51,651 nucleotides of DNA, taken from Anaerolineae bacterium. Lineage in GTDB: Bacteria; Chloroflexota; Anaerolineae; J102. Below the pieces are notes generated by a model, which did not search any database, was not told the origin of the DNA, and saw only the letters and a program-made list of their open reading frames with translations. The stretch spans positions 1 to 51,651 of the forward strand of contig WFTO01000400.1 of the NCBI GenBank assembly GCA_015485435.1, in the 5' to 3' direction. Positions within the stretch are counted from its first letter, which is position 1; every line of letters begins with the position of its first letter. This document shows positions 35,743-45,975 of the stretch, one piece after another. Both the position numbers and the translations under genes were made by a program.

Positions 35743-37290
35743 ATGAAAACGCGCCTCATTGTCGGACTCCTTCTCAGCTTGCTTATCCTATCGTTCGGAC
35801 GCTCCGCCGTCGAGGCCAACGGAGATCCCCCATACAACCCACTGCAACAACCATCCTCCTCATCCCCTTATGGCATGGATCTCATGGGGCCGGGTTGGCA
35901 GTGGACCTTCCCCCGCGAAGAGGCCTGGCCCCGATCGGATGGCGCGATCCGTGTCGATCTGATGGATGAAATGTTCCAGAAAAGCTGGGCCGCCGGAGTC
36001 CGTAGCGCTCGTATTGCTGTGTTATGGTGCCTGACTGAGCCAGAACGAGATCGCTACCAATGGGAAGAGCTAGATATTGCCTTTCAGCTTGCTCGAAATT
36101 ACGGCATGGAAATCGCGCCCCAGGTCTTTTATACGCCTGATTGGGCGGCATTAGGGCGCGACATCGACGCCAGCTGTTTTGATTATCAGATTTATCCTCG
36201 GAATCTGCCCCCGAAGAACTGGCAGGATTGGTCTGATTTCATGGGCGCGTTGTTAAGGCGTTACGGTCCCCCCGGTAAAAATCAAGTGCATCAATGGGAG
36301 ATATGGAACGAGCCCGATCTCTTTGAGTTTTGGTATATCCCTGATGATCCCTGGAACGCCAACGCGCCCATGTATGCAAAGCTTGTGCAACTTGCCGCTC
36401 GCGAAATCGATCGTTATGATCCTCAAGGAAAAGTTCTGGTGGGAAGCCTGTCGGATATTTATGGGGCAAAATTCTTGCAACGGTTGTTGGCGCTTCGGGG
36501 TGATGAGGACATTCGAGGCGAGATCGATGTTTTGACGTTTCATGTCTTTGATGAACCAGAGCGGAAAATGAACGCCATTCACGAAGCGTTAGGCGATAAT
36601 CAGTTTCCCCTTTGGGTTACGGAGACCAATGCTCGATTGTGGGAAGAAACGATTCCGCGCGACCATGTCGTACGGTTCTTCGAGGCATTGTTCAATAACG
36701 GTGTAAGCCGAACGTTCTGGTTCAAATCCTGGACGTCGGAATGGGGGCCTGGAATATTCACCGATGAGGGGCCCTTATGGGAGCGCACGGACTTTCAGCC
36801 GAGTCCCTTTTATTCCACCTATCAAAACATAGCCCTACGCTCCCCTGCCCCCTCCAGCCCACAGGTGCAATCCCCCAGGCCCAAGGATCTCGTCAACCCG
36901 CAACCCATTTTCACCTGGCGCCCCCCATCCTCCAGCGCTTCCCCGATAGCTGGCTATAAATTGCAGGTCGACAATAGCCTGTTTCGCGGCAAGCCTTACT
37001 TTCACTCTCCAGAACTTGATGTGTGGGTTCCCGCCGGGCTAACCCATTTCCTTCCCCTTCAAATGGTGGGAAACGGCTCATCTCCCTCCTCGCCACCTTC
37101 CCAGCTGGCTCCCCCTGCGGTGTCTGTTGTTCACTATCAGCCGACCTTTGCACTGTCGCCAGGGCGATATTACTGGCGCGTCGCCGCGGTGGATGTCGAG
37201 GGGAATGTGGGCGAGTATTCGGACCCACAACTCATTTTCGTTTCGGCCGGTCAGGATCGAGTGTACCTTCCCTTCCTGGAGCGACCATAG
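35743..37290 (+). CDS. Secreted clan GH-A (TIM-barrel, GH5/GH39-like) glycoside hydrolase with a C-terminal Ig/Fn3-like region
   Basis: Signal peptide MKTRLIVGLLLSLLILSFG. Acid/base motif WEIWNEPD and nucleophile context LWVTETN. Start moved from the TTG at 35653 to the ATG at 35743. Confidence 0.8.
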   Translation: MKTRLIVGLLLSLLILSFGRSAVEANGDPPYNPLQQPSSSSPYGMDLMGPGWQWTFPREEAWPRSDGAIRVDLMDEMFQKSWAAGVRSARIAVLWCLTEPERDRYQWEELDIAFQLARNYGMEIAPQVFYTPDWAALGRDIDASCFDYQIYPRNLPPKNWQDWSDFMGALLRRYGPPGKNQVHQWEIWNEPDLFEFWYIPDDPWNANAPMYAKLVQLAAREIDRYDPQGKVLVGSLSDIYGAKFLQRLLALRGDEDIRGEIDVLTFHVFDEPERKMNAIHEALGDNQFPLWVTETNARLWEETIPRDHVVRFFEALFNNGVSRTFWFKSWTSEWGPGIFTDEGPLWERTDFQPSPFYSTYQNIALRSPAPSSPQVQSPRPKDLVNPQPIFTWRPPSSSASPIAGYKLQVDNSLFRGKPYFHSPELDVWVPAGLTHFLPLQMVGNGSSPSSPPSQLAPPAVSVVHYQPTFALSPGRYYWRVAAVDVEGNVGEYSDPQLIFVSAGQDRVYLPFLERP

Positions 37291-37410
37291 CCAATCTTTT
37301 TCTCTCGAATCCTCCATACAACCATCCTCGCGTCTCGCTGTTCGATGCGGTAAGGTTTGGTTGTATGCATTCCAGATATTTTCAATACCCTTTCAAGATA
37401 GGAGCTCATT

Positions 37411-39396
37411 ATGTCATCATCGACCTATGATAAAACCGATCAACTTGTTGCCAATACCCTGCGTTTGCTTGCGGTCGATGCCATCCAGGCCGCGAATTCG
37501 GGCCATCCTGGATTGCCTTTAGGGGCTGCAGACGCGATTACCGTTTTGTGGACGCGTTTTCTGAAACATCATCCCGCAGATCCATCATGGCCCGATCGCG
37601 ATCGATTTGTACTCTCTGCAGGTCACGGTTCCGCGTTGCTTTATTCCCTTCTCCATCTCTTCGGTTATCCAATTTCGCTTGATGAGTTGCAACATTTTCG
37701 TCAGTGGGGCTATGTCACCGCCGGACACCCAGAATATGATCCCGAACGTGGCATTGAGGTGACCACCGGACCTCTGGGCCAGGGAATCAGCAATGCGGTG
37801 GGCATGGCCATCGCGGAACGGTGGCTGGCCGCACGGTTCAACAAACCTGCTTTTCCGGTAGTAGACCATTACACCTATGTGTTGGCGGGCGACGGCGACC
37901 TTATGGAGGGCGTGTCGCACGAAGCAGCCTCGCTGGCCGGGCACCTTGGTTTGGGGAAGCTGATTGTGCTTTACGACGACAATCACATCTCCATCGACGG
38001 CCCCACGGATCTCGCGTTCACCGAAGATGTGCTCTTACGTTTTGAGGCTTATGGTTGGCATGTACAACGGGTGGATGGACATCAGATGCCGGAGATCGAT
38101 GCAGCCATTCGCAAGGCACAGGCCGAAACCGATCGCCCGTCCATTATCGCTTGCCGCACCCACATCGGGTATGGCAGCCCCCGCCAGGATACGGCCAAGG
38201 TTCATGGGGAGCCTCTGGGGCCAGAGGGCGTCAAAGCAACAAAACGCTTCTTCGGCTTCCCCGAAGATGAAACCTTCTACATCCCCGAAGAAGCGCGAGC
38301 GCGTGTGGAAGCCATGAAAGCCGCAGGCGCCGCAGCTTATGAACAATGGCATGCCATGATGCAAGCCTACCAGGAAGCCTATCCAGACCTGGCGCAAACA
38401 TGGAAACTCTTCATCAACGGCGCGTTGCCCACCGGGTGGGAACAATATCTGCCCGATTTCACCGGTGAAAAACCCCTTGCAACCCGAGCCACTTCCGGCA
38501 AAGTCCTGGACGCCATTGTTCCCCAATTGCCCATGCTTTTGGGCGGTTCCGCCGATTTGACAGGCAGCAATAAAACCAAACCCAAAGATGCCAAAGACAT
38601 CCAACCTGGTGACTTTTCGGGCAATTACATCCATTATGGGGTGCGAGAACATGGCATGGCGGCCATCATGAATGGCCTCGCCACCCATTACGTTCGTCCC
38701 TATGGCGGCACCTTTTTGGTGTTTTCCGATTATTTGCGCGGCGCTTTACGCGCGTCGGCGCTGATGAATCTACCAGTCATTTATGTCTTTACTCATGACA
38801 GCATCGGCCTGGGAGAGGATGGTCCCACGCATCAGCCTATCGAACATCTCATGTCGTTGCGCGCCATGCCCAATTTGGTCACCATTCGTCCCGCCGACGG
38901 CAATGAAACCGCCCAGGCATGGAAGGTCGCCCTGGAGCGCCAAGGCCCGACCGCGCTGATCCTGACCCGCCAGAGCGTACCGCAGATCACCCCCAAAGAC
39001 AACGCGCTCGCCAAAGGCGCTTATATCCTCTCCGAACCAGAAGTCGATCCTGAGATCATTCTCATCGCCACAGGTTCCGAGGTTGCCCTGGCGCTCGAGG
39101 CGCAGAGCGTTCTGGCAGAAAAGGGCATTGCGGCACGGGTCGTTTCCATGCCCAGCTGGGAATTGTTCGACGCCCAGGAAGCAGACTATCGCATGACTGT
39201 ATTGCCCGCTAACAAGCCTAAACTGGCCATCGAAGCTGGCTCGACACTGGCTTGGGCCCGCTATGTGGGGCTGAACGGCGATGTCATCGGCATCGATCAG
39301 TTTGGCGCTTCTGGTCCGGGCAAGCTTCTATTCGAAAAATATGGCTTCACCGTCGAAAACGTGGTCGCCAAAGCCCTCGGCCTTTTAACCTCCTAA
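37411..39396 (+). CDS. tkt: Transketolase
   Basis: [19 protein letters not shown] and [19 protein letters not shown] motifs. 661 aa. AGGAG RBS. Confidence 0.97.
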   Translation: MSSSTYDKTDQLVANTLRLLAVDAIQAANSGHPGLPLGAADAITVLWTRFLKHHPADPSWPDRDRFVLSAGHGSALLYSLLHLFGYPISLDELQHFRQWGYVTAGHPEYDPERGIEVTTGPLGQGISNAVGMAIAERWLAARFNKPAFPVVDHYTYVLAGDGDLMEGVSHEAASLAGHLGLGKLIVLYDDNHISIDGPTDLAFTEDVLLRFEAYGWHVQRVDGHQMPEIDAAIRKAQAETDRPSIIACRTHIGYGSPRQDTAKVHGEPLGPEGVKATKRFFGFPEDETFYIPEEARARVEAMKAAGAAAYEQWHAMMQAYQEAYPDLAQTWKLFINGALPTGWEQYLPDFTGEKPLATRATSGKVLDAIVPQLPMLLGGSADLTGSNKTKPKDAKDIQPGDFSGNYIHYGVREHGMAAIMNGLATHYVRPYGGTFLVFSDYLRGALRASALMNLPVIYVFTHDSIGLGEDGPTHQPIEHLMSLRAMPNLVTIRPADGNETAQAWKVALERQGPTALILTRQSVPQITPKDNALAKGAYILSEPEVDPEIILIATGSEVALALEAQSVLAEKGIAARVVSMPSWELFDAQEADYRMTVLPANKPKLAIEAGSTLAWARYVGLNGDVIGIDQFGASGPGKLLFEKYGFTVENVVAKALGLLTS

Positions 39397-39450
39397 GTCT
39401 GTACGATCCATATTCCGTCCACCTTCCCTTTATCATTACAGCAAACATAT

Positions 39451-40131
39451 ATGACCATCAAACTTGCTCCCTCGATCCTCTCCGCCGACTTTGCCCGCTT
39501 GGGCGAACAAGTGCAGGAAGCAGCCGAAGCAGGCGCGGAATATGTTCACATTGATGTCATGGACGGCCACTTTGTCCCCAATCTCACCATGGGGCCAGTG
39601 GTCGTCCAGGCCTTGCGTCCATTGGCGGATGCCTTCCAGCTTGTTTTAGATGTTCATCTCATGATCGAACATCCAGAACGATTGCTGCCCGCTTTCGCCA
39701 GGGCTGGCGCTGACATCCTCACCGTTCATGTGGAGACCTGCCCCCATCTACATCGCACCGTGCAGCAGATTCGCGAGCTAGGCGTCAAACCGGGGGTCTC
39801 GCTCAATCCCGCCACACCATTGGTTATGCTGGAAGAAATCCTTCCTTTCGTCGACCAGATACTCATCATGTCAGTAAATCCGGGATTTGGCGGCCAGAGC
39901 TATATCGAAACCAGCACTGAGAAGATCGCTCGATTGCGTCGCTTATTGCATGCACGCGGCCTGAAACAAGTGGACATTGAGGTGGATGGCGGCATTAAAC
40001 CAAGCAATGCGCGCAAGGTTGTCAATGCCGGCGCGAACATCCTGGTAGCCGGCTCCGCCATCTTTAACGACAAGCGCCCCGTGGCGGACAACATTGCCGC
40101 CTTCCGACAGGCGTTATCAGATTTCGCTTAG
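39451..40131 (+). CDS. rpe: Ribulose-phosphate 3-epimerase
   Basis: [22 protein letters not shown] and VDGGI motifs. 226 aa. Confidence 0.95.
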   Translation: MTIKLAPSILSADFARLGEQVQEAAEAGAEYVHIDVMDGHFVPNLTMGPVVVQALRPLADAFQLVLDVHLMIEHPERLLPAFARAGADILTVHVETCPHLHRTVQQIRELGVKPGVSLNPATPLVMLEEILPFVDQILIMSVNPGFGGQSYIETSTEKIARLRRLLHARGLKQVDIEVDGGIKPSNARKVVNAGANILVAGSAIFNDKRPVADNIAAFRQALSDFA

Positions 40132-40149
40132 CGCCATGCACAGATTTCG

Positions 40150-41964
40150 CTACCGCAAAGGCCACACCAGGGGCGTCAAAAAGACGACGCAGAATCCCAT
40201 GACCAGAATGATGGGGAAATTGATCAAAAAATAATGCTTGAATGCATATCGTCCGGGCGCGCGCACCAGGATGGCAATGACATCGGTTGTTGGCGTCAGG
40301 AAGGAGGCGCTTACACCTGCCATGACGGCGATCACCAGCGGTTCTGGGCGCAAGCCTGTACTTTGAGCGATATAAACCGCGATCGGTGTCAGCACCAAAG
40401 CAAGGAGTGAATTAGAAAGCGCCTGGGTCAATAAAACCGTGATCCCGAATAGCGATGCCAACAAGACATACGAGGGCATTCCTTGCAACAAATGCAAGAG
40501 CCATTCTCCCATGACGGCAGCCAGCCCAGAACGTTCCATCGCTGTACCCAACGGCAACAGGGCGGCAATGAAAATCACGATCCCCCAATCCACATCCTCA
40601 TACGCCTCCTGAGGCCCACTGGCCCCCAATACCACGGTGCCTAGCGCCCCCAACAACGCCGCCATAGGCAATGACACCATAGGTAACAGGCTCAAAAGAA
40701 TCACGCCAACCAGAATCGTCAACATCAGATAAGAACGTTTGTCGACAATATCCTCCAACTTGGGGCCCAGTTGCGAGAGCACGATGATCTCTGTATCGCG
40801 ACGCAATACCTGGATTTGCTGGGGTGACCCTTCTACCAAAAGACGGTCGCCAGGCTGCAACGGGGTGCTTGCCAAACGTTTCGCCGAGGCCACACCTTCA
40901 CGTAAAATCGCCAACACATTCAATCCATACGTTTTGCCAAACTGCAATTGTTCCAACGTCTTGCCGACCAGTGAGGAATAGGGAGGGATGAGCAATTCCG
41001 CCAATTCAAGTTGCGCGGGTGCAAGACGTGCAAGATCGACCAGGGTCACCGACCCTTTGGGTTCGAGATGATGGATCGAGGCCAGTTGCAAGATACTGGC
41101 CCGATCTCCTTGTACGACGATCTCATCATTTTCTTCCAGGATCAAGTCGGGCCAGGGGCGAAACGGATCGCCGCCGGGGCGCGCCACGCCCACCACATTG
41201 ACGCCCCAATGTTCTCGTAATCCCAACTCGCTCAACCGCTTCCCCACCAAATCGGAACCTGATCGCACTCGCAGACGATAGAAGAGATCATCGATTTTGT
41301 ACGTTTTACTCAATTCCTGCAAATTCGGTCCCATGCGCACCGGCCGCTCTCCCGTGCTAGGCAATAATTTATGACCAAAACTCACCATCAACAACCATGC
41401 AAATACAAAAGTCGGCAGTCCTACGACCCCGATGGAGAACAAGCTCAATGACACGCCTGCTTGTTGTTGCAACAAATCAGCGGCGATCAGGCTTGGTGGG
41501 GTGCCCAGCAAAGTCAGATAGCCCCCCAGCGAGGTGAATACGGCCACGGGCAGCAGCAGTTTGCCCAAAGGCGTGTCCGACGCTCTGCTTAAACGATAGG
41601 TGAGAGGCAACATGATCACCAATGCAGCCAAGTTGGCCATGAATGCTGAGAACGCGCCAGCAACGCCAAACAGCAACCCCGAAAGCTTTCGGGGCGATCG
41701 TCCCCCTGCTTCCAACATCCATCGACCAATCAGAGCGATCGCACCAGATCGACGCAAGCCGCCAGAGACAATATAAATGCCCGCCAGCGTGATGGTGGCC
41801 GAGGCGGAGAATCCTGCCAACGCTTGCTCCGACGTCAGGATGCCGCCAAGATAGAGCGCGGCCACGGTGCCCAAGGCCACCCAATCCATGGGAAATCGTC
41901 CACTCGCGATCAAACCGACACTGATGGCCAGAGCAATGGCCGTGAAAATCGCTTGCCAGGTCAT
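40150..41964 (-). CDS. SLC13/DASS-family anion permease with two central TrkA-C (RCK_C) domains
   Basis: Polytopic halves flank two RCK_C-like repeats (SDLVGKRLSELGLREHWGVNVVGV and SSLVGKTLEQLQFGKTYGLNVLAI). I prefer the ATG at 41964, which follows GAGGTG, over the TTG at 41982. Confidence 0.85.
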   Translation of the reverse strand: MTWQAIFTAIALAISVGLIASGRFPMDWVALGTVAALYLGGILTSEQALAGFSASATITLAGIYIVSGGLRRSGAIALIGRWMLEAGGRSPRKLSGLLFGVAGAFSAFMANLAALVIMLPLTYRLSRASDTPLGKLLLPVAVFTSLGGYLTLLGTPPSLIAADLLQQQAGVSLSLFSIGVVGLPTFVFAWLLMVSFGHKLLPSTGERPVRMGPNLQELSKTYKIDDLFYRLRVRSGSDLVGKRLSELGLREHWGVNVVGVARPGGDPFRPWPDLILEENDEIVVQGDRASILQLASIHHLEPKGSVTLVDLARLAPAQLELAELLIPPYSSLVGKTLEQLQFGKTYGLNVLAILREGVASAKRLASTPLQPGDRLLVEGSPQQIQVLRRDTEIIVLSQLGPKLEDIVDKRSYLMLTILVGVILLSLLPMVSLPMAALLGALGTVVLGASGPQEAYEDVDWGIVIFIAALLPLGTAMERSGLAAVMGEWLLHLLQGMPSYVLLASLFGITVLLTQALSNSLLALVLTPIAVYIAQSTGLRPEPLVIAVMAGVSASFLTPTTDVIAILVRAPGRYAFKHYFLINFPIILVMGFCVVFLTPLVWPLR

Positions 41965-41974
41965 GTTGACCACC

Positions 41975-42691
41975 TCATGCAAAGCCCAACTTTCGGGCTT
42001 TCAAACTTACCCAACGATCATGGCCCAAAATCAAATGGTCCAACACCTCGATATTCAGTAGTTTTCCGGCTTCCACAATCCGTCGCGTTAGAATGACATC
42101 GTCGGGTGAGGGCGTCGGATCCCCGCTGGGATGATTGTGGGCTACGATGATGGCTGCGGCATTACGACGTATCGCCTCTTTGAAGATCTCACCAACGCGA
42201 ATCGATGTTGTATTCAACGTACCTTTATAGATGGTGGGCGTCGCGATTACCTGATTTCGAGTATTGACCAGCACAACTTTGACGTGTTCCTGATCGGCGT
42301 AGGCCAGCTCCGCGAGGAGCAACCGTGCCACGGTTTCAGGGGAATCGACCCTCGGACGCGCTTCGGGCGACGCCCGCATCACCCGACGTCCGAGTTCAAT
42401 TGCCGCCATAATCTGCGCTGCTTTGGCTGCCCCGACGCCATGGTGGCTTTGCAAATCCAAAAAACTGGCCTGCGCCAACGCCCCCAACGAACGGTAATGG
42501 CGGATCAAATGCGTTGCCATATCCAGGACATTGATGCCCTGTGCGCCGCTACGCAAGATGATGGCGATGAGCTCTGCGTCGCTTAATGCCTGTGGCCCCA
42601 ATCTGGCCAATCGTTCCCGTGGCCGCGTGCCTGCAGGAAGATCATGAATGGTGTAATGAATCCGAATTTCTTCCCTGGACGTGGTGGTCAT
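41975..42691 (-). CDS. radC: RadC-family JAB/MPN-domain protein
   Basis: JAMM motif HNHPSGDPTPSPDD and an N-terminal HhH-like region. Confidence 0.9.
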   Translation of the reverse strand: MTTTSREEIRIHYTIHDLPAGTRPRERLARLGPQALSDAELIAIILRSGAQGINVLDMATHLIRHYRSLGALAQASFLDLQSHHGVGAAKAAQIMAAIELGRRVMRASPEARPRVDSPETVARLLLAELAYADQEHVKVVLVNTRNQVIATPTIYKGTLNTTSIRVGEIFKEAIRRNAAAIIVAHNHPSGDPTPSPDDVILTRRIVEAGKLLNIEVLDHLILGHDRWVSLKARKLGFA

Positions 42692-42794
42692 TGCTCGGTT
42701 TTTCCGAAGGATTTGCTCCCAACCTTCGTTGTTAGAAGCCCAAATTTCGGGACTATTTCAAACTTCATGCTGAATGAAGCCATTCAGAAAGACA

Positions 42795-43307
42795 TCACGA
42801 CGATTTTTGTTTTTCAGCCAATAACATCCGCAGCTCGCGTCGTCGCTCTGCAGAGTCATGCAATCGCCGTAAGGAAGCTTCAAGCTCCTCACTGGTTAAC
42901 TCGCTTTCATTAGGCGAAACCCCTTCTATCTCCTCCGCAGCTTCTTGCAACCGCCCTTCCAAAATGTCTCGATAGGTCACACGCGCCCAGCTAACGACAT
43001 CTACCCAACCAGCAGCCAAAGCTTCGTCATCTTCTAACAACGATACGGGCATTTCCAGGATCATGGTGACTGCGTCATCCGCAAAATCAAAGGCGTGTTT
43101 GATGGGGGGATTTTCAACATCCGCTGAACGCTGCCGGGGAGGCTCCTCCATCGCCTCCTCCTGAGCCGGGGGCTCCAAGACCGGCTCAATTGTGATCTGC
43201 TTCTGGTGTTTCAATGCCAAACGAATGGCGGCATACACAACGCCAAAGAGCACAACCAAACCAATGATGACAGACAAAAGCGCCAAGAATAATTCTGTGG
43301 AGGACAT
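42795..43307 (-). CDS. Hypothetical single-pass membrane protein with an acidic C-terminal domain
   Basis: Start moved to the ATG at 43307, which follows GGAGAGAG. TM segment LFLALLSVIIGLVVLFGVVYAAI. I recognise no family. Confidence 0.55.
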   Translation of the reverse strand: MSSTELFLALLSVIIGLVVLFGVVYAAIRLALKHQKQITIEPVLEPPAQEEAMEEPPRQRSADVENPPIKHAFDFADDAVTMILEMPVSLLEDDEALAAGWVDVVSWARVTYRDILEGRLQEAAEEIEGVSPNESELTSEELEASLRRLHDSAERRRELRMLLAEKQKSS

Positions 43308-43706
43308 AGTTCTCTCTCCGATGTGGCTTACGCCAAGTAAGAAGACGGGTTGATGAAACAATCGATCTGCTATGCGCCGGGTTGAAAAGTCAATTGTCTT
43401 GATGACGCCAGGACGATAGATAGAGGTGCGTTGAAGAAGCGTCCATCGTCGGCTATCCGTCATGTTTTGATGAGGAACGATACCATCGCACGCAACCTAG
43501 ACCTGAGTAAGTGCATTATAGCGCAATCTTGTGATTTCAGGAAAGAGTGTTGTTTATGGCAATTTATGATGAAAATCTAATGCTTTTTGACTATACTGAA
43601 AAACAAAAAGTATCACCTTCCAGCTCTCTGATGGATGATTGTTGCTTGGCTTAGGTAACAATTGCCATTCTCTATTCAGTCTTGGCTTCCAGTCCATGGA
43701 GGTGAC

Positions 43707-44126
43707 ATGTTCAACAAGATTCTGTGCGCTATCGATGGCGCTGCCATTACAGAACGCATCCTGCTTTATGCCATGCATTTTGGGAAAAAGGAAGGCGCCA
43801 TTGTTCATATCGTTCATGCTTACCAACTTCCTGACTATTACGTGGCACAAGATGGTTTCGAGGAGTTGGCAAATGCTTATCGAGCCGTTGCCAAAGGCGT
43901 GATCGATGACGCCAAAGAGTTTTTGGAGGAGGTGGGTCTCCAGGTTACAGGCGAGGCTATTGAAGGCCCTCCTGCCCAGGTGGTTTTGGAAGAAGCCGAT
44001 CGGATCGGCGCTGATTTGATCCTGGTCGGGCATCGAAACCCCAAAGATGTGACAGAAATGCTGTTAGGCAGTGTCAGCCAGCAGATCCTGAATCAATCTC
44101 GCATTCCAGTTTTGGTCATCCCGTAA
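43707..44126 (+). CDS. Universal stress protein (UspA family)
   Basis: MFNKILCAIDG...ADLILVGHRN...GSVSQQILNQSRIPVLVI. GGAGGTGAC RBS before the ATG at 43707. Confidence 0.88.
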   Translation: MFNKILCAIDGAAITERILLYAMHFGKKEGAIVHIVHAYQLPDYYVAQDGFEELANAYRAVAKGVIDDAKEFLEEVGLQVTGEAIEGPPAQVVLEEADRIGADLILVGHRNPKDVTEMLLGSVSQQILNQSRIPVLVIP

Positions 44127-44394
44127 ACTAAATTGACGCAGATAGAAAGTATGAAGCCTGGTTTGCAGGTGTCAAGTCGCAGGTGGCAGGTCAACGAATG
44201 TAAGCCTCTACCTGCTTCCTACTACTTGCTACTTGCTCTCTACTCGCTGCTCCCTGCTGCCAATTTTCATCGGTATCGATCGGCGGGTGTCCGCCCACCA
44301 TGTCGTCCGTACTCAATTTGAACCAATAAAATCTGAACTTTTGTGAACCGAGACCCCCTCGGTCATTGACTTCATGCTGGACAAGGAGGTCATC

Positions 44395-45237
44395 ATGTCC
44401 TGGTTTAATCCTTATCATGTGCCATCGGCATCGTTGCAAAGTGTACGACGCGCGGCCGTTGCTGGCGCATTTTATCCTGCACAGCCAGCGCGTCTCCAGG
44501 CCATGATAACCCAATTTCTTGAAAATGCGACTTTGCCCCGCCTGCGCGGGCGGGTGCGCGCGGTTATCGCCCCGCACGCCGGATACATCTATTCAGGTTC
44601 CATTGCGGGATATAGTTTTCGGGCGCTGGCGCCATTGCCCCAGGATGCCACGGTCTTTCTCATGGGACCAGCACACTATGTGCCGGTTTCTGAAGTGTCC
44701 CTTGGTTATTTCCGCAGCATGGAGACGCCGTTAGGCTTGGTGCAAGTCAACGAAGCCATGGTTCAACAATTGGCGGAAGAGAGCCCCTGCCTCACCATTC
44801 AAAATGACGCCCATATTCCTGAACATAGCCTGGAGGTGGAACTGCCTTTTCTGCAGATGATTGCCTCCGATCGTTTTCAAGTCGTCCCCATGTTGTTCGG
44901 TCGTCCCAACGCTGAATGTGTTGCTGAGTCCATCATTCCCAAAATCATCAACGATCCTAAAGCGCAGATCGTCGTCAGTTCGGATCTCAGCCATTATCAT
45001 CCCTATGCAACAGCTCGCCGCCTGGACATGGCTTTCATTGACGCCGTGCTTCAAGGGGATGTGGCAGCTGTGGCCCGAGGAGAGGCGTGTGGTCGACTTC
45101 CCATCCTTACGCTGATGTACATCGCAGACGCTTTGGGTTGGTCCCCCCATCTGCTTGATTATCGGAATTCTGGCGATACAGCGGGCGACAAGCGGCAGGT
45201 GGTAGGATATACAGCCATTGCTTATACGGAGGAGTAA
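44395..45237 (+). CDS. amrB: AmmeMemoRadiSam system protein B (MEMO1-like)
   Basis: HAGYIYSG, PEHSLEVELPFLQ and SSDLSHYH motifs. AAGGAGG RBS before the ATG at 44395. Confidence 0.85.
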   Translation: MSWFNPYHVPSASLQSVRRAAVAGAFYPAQPARLQAMITQFLENATLPRLRGRVRAVIAPHAGYIYSGSIAGYSFRALAPLPQDATVFLMGPAHYVPVSEVSLGYFRSMETPLGLVQVNEAMVQQLAEESPCLTIQNDAHIPEHSLEVELPFLQMIASDRFQVVPMLFGRPNAECVAESIIPKIINDPKAQIVVSSDLSHYHPYATARRLDMAFIDAVLQGDVAAVARGEACGRLPILTLMYIADALGWSPHLLDYRNSGDTAGDKRQVVGYTAIAYTEE

Positions 45238-45240
45238 GCC

Positions 45241-45855
45241 ATGAAAAGCGTGCAAACACAACCTCTTCCCTACGACCTGACCCAGGCCGATATCAAGCAA
45301 TTGTTCGACATCGCACGCACTGCTTTGCAAAAAACCACACTCGAAGGCAACCATCAATGGCTTCCTGATCTTGAACAATTTCCAGAGCAACTACGACAAC
45401 CTGCAGCCACCTTTGTTACTCTCCACACCGATGGCCAACTGCATGGTTGCATTGGCTCAGTGACGCCGCGTCTGCCCCTGGCCTGGGATGTCGCGAAAAA
45501 CGCCATTGCAGCCGCTCGCCATGATCCGCGCTTCCCTCCCCTCCGGCCAGAGGAGCTCGACCGCACCGAAGTGGAAATTTCCATTCTTACCCCATTGCAA
45601 GAAGTTCCTTACACGACCCTCGCCGATCTTCTGTCAAAAATCCGTCCCGGAGTGGATGGCGTCATGGTCGAACGGGGGTGGCAACGCGGCCTCCTTTTGC
45701 CTCAGGTCTGGGAAGATATTCCTGATCCCAAACGCTTCCTCGAACATGTTGCGCTGAAAGCTGGGGCGGGGCCAGACATTTATTTGGATCCAAGCGCGAA
45801 GGTTTATGTGTTTCAGGTGCATAGCTTTACACAACCTGCCCCGTCCAAGCATTGA
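45241..45855 (+). CDS. amrA: AmmeMemoRadiSam system protein A (AMMECR1 domain)
   Basis: LHGCIGS motif and LEVEISILTP...GLLLPQV, typical of AMMECR1. Starts 3 nt after amrB. Confidence 0.85.
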   Translation: MKSVQTQPLPYDLTQADIKQLFDIARTALQKTTLEGNHQWLPDLEQFPEQLRQPAATFVTLHTDGQLHGCIGSVTPRLPLAWDVAKNAIAAARHDPRFPPLRPEELDRTEVEISILTPLQEVPYTTLADLLSKIRPGVDGVMVERGWQRGLLLPQVWEDIPDPKRFLEHVALKAGAGPDIYLDPSAKVYVFQVHSFTQPAPSKH

Positions 45856-45975
45856 GCGCTCCCGGGGCCGTTTGGGCGCCAGCTTGTTCGCATGAGGTCA
45901 ACGCGAATCAGGGCTGAAAGCCAAATAACCCATTGGTGCTCAGTGTCATGTTATTGCATAATCAGAAGCAACCTT

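Noticed and set aside
38035-38688. 217-aa minus-strand ORF
   Set aside because: It is entirely antisense to the strongly supported transketolase gene and has a Gly/Ala/Phe-rich off-frame composition.
43554-44033. 159-aa minus-strand ORF
   Set aside because: It is antisense to the universal stress protein gene, which has clear family motifs and a GGAGG RBS.
44731-45390. 219-aa minus-strand ORF
   Set aside because: It is antisense to the Memo-like and AMMECR1 genes, has no RBS and no recognisable motifs.
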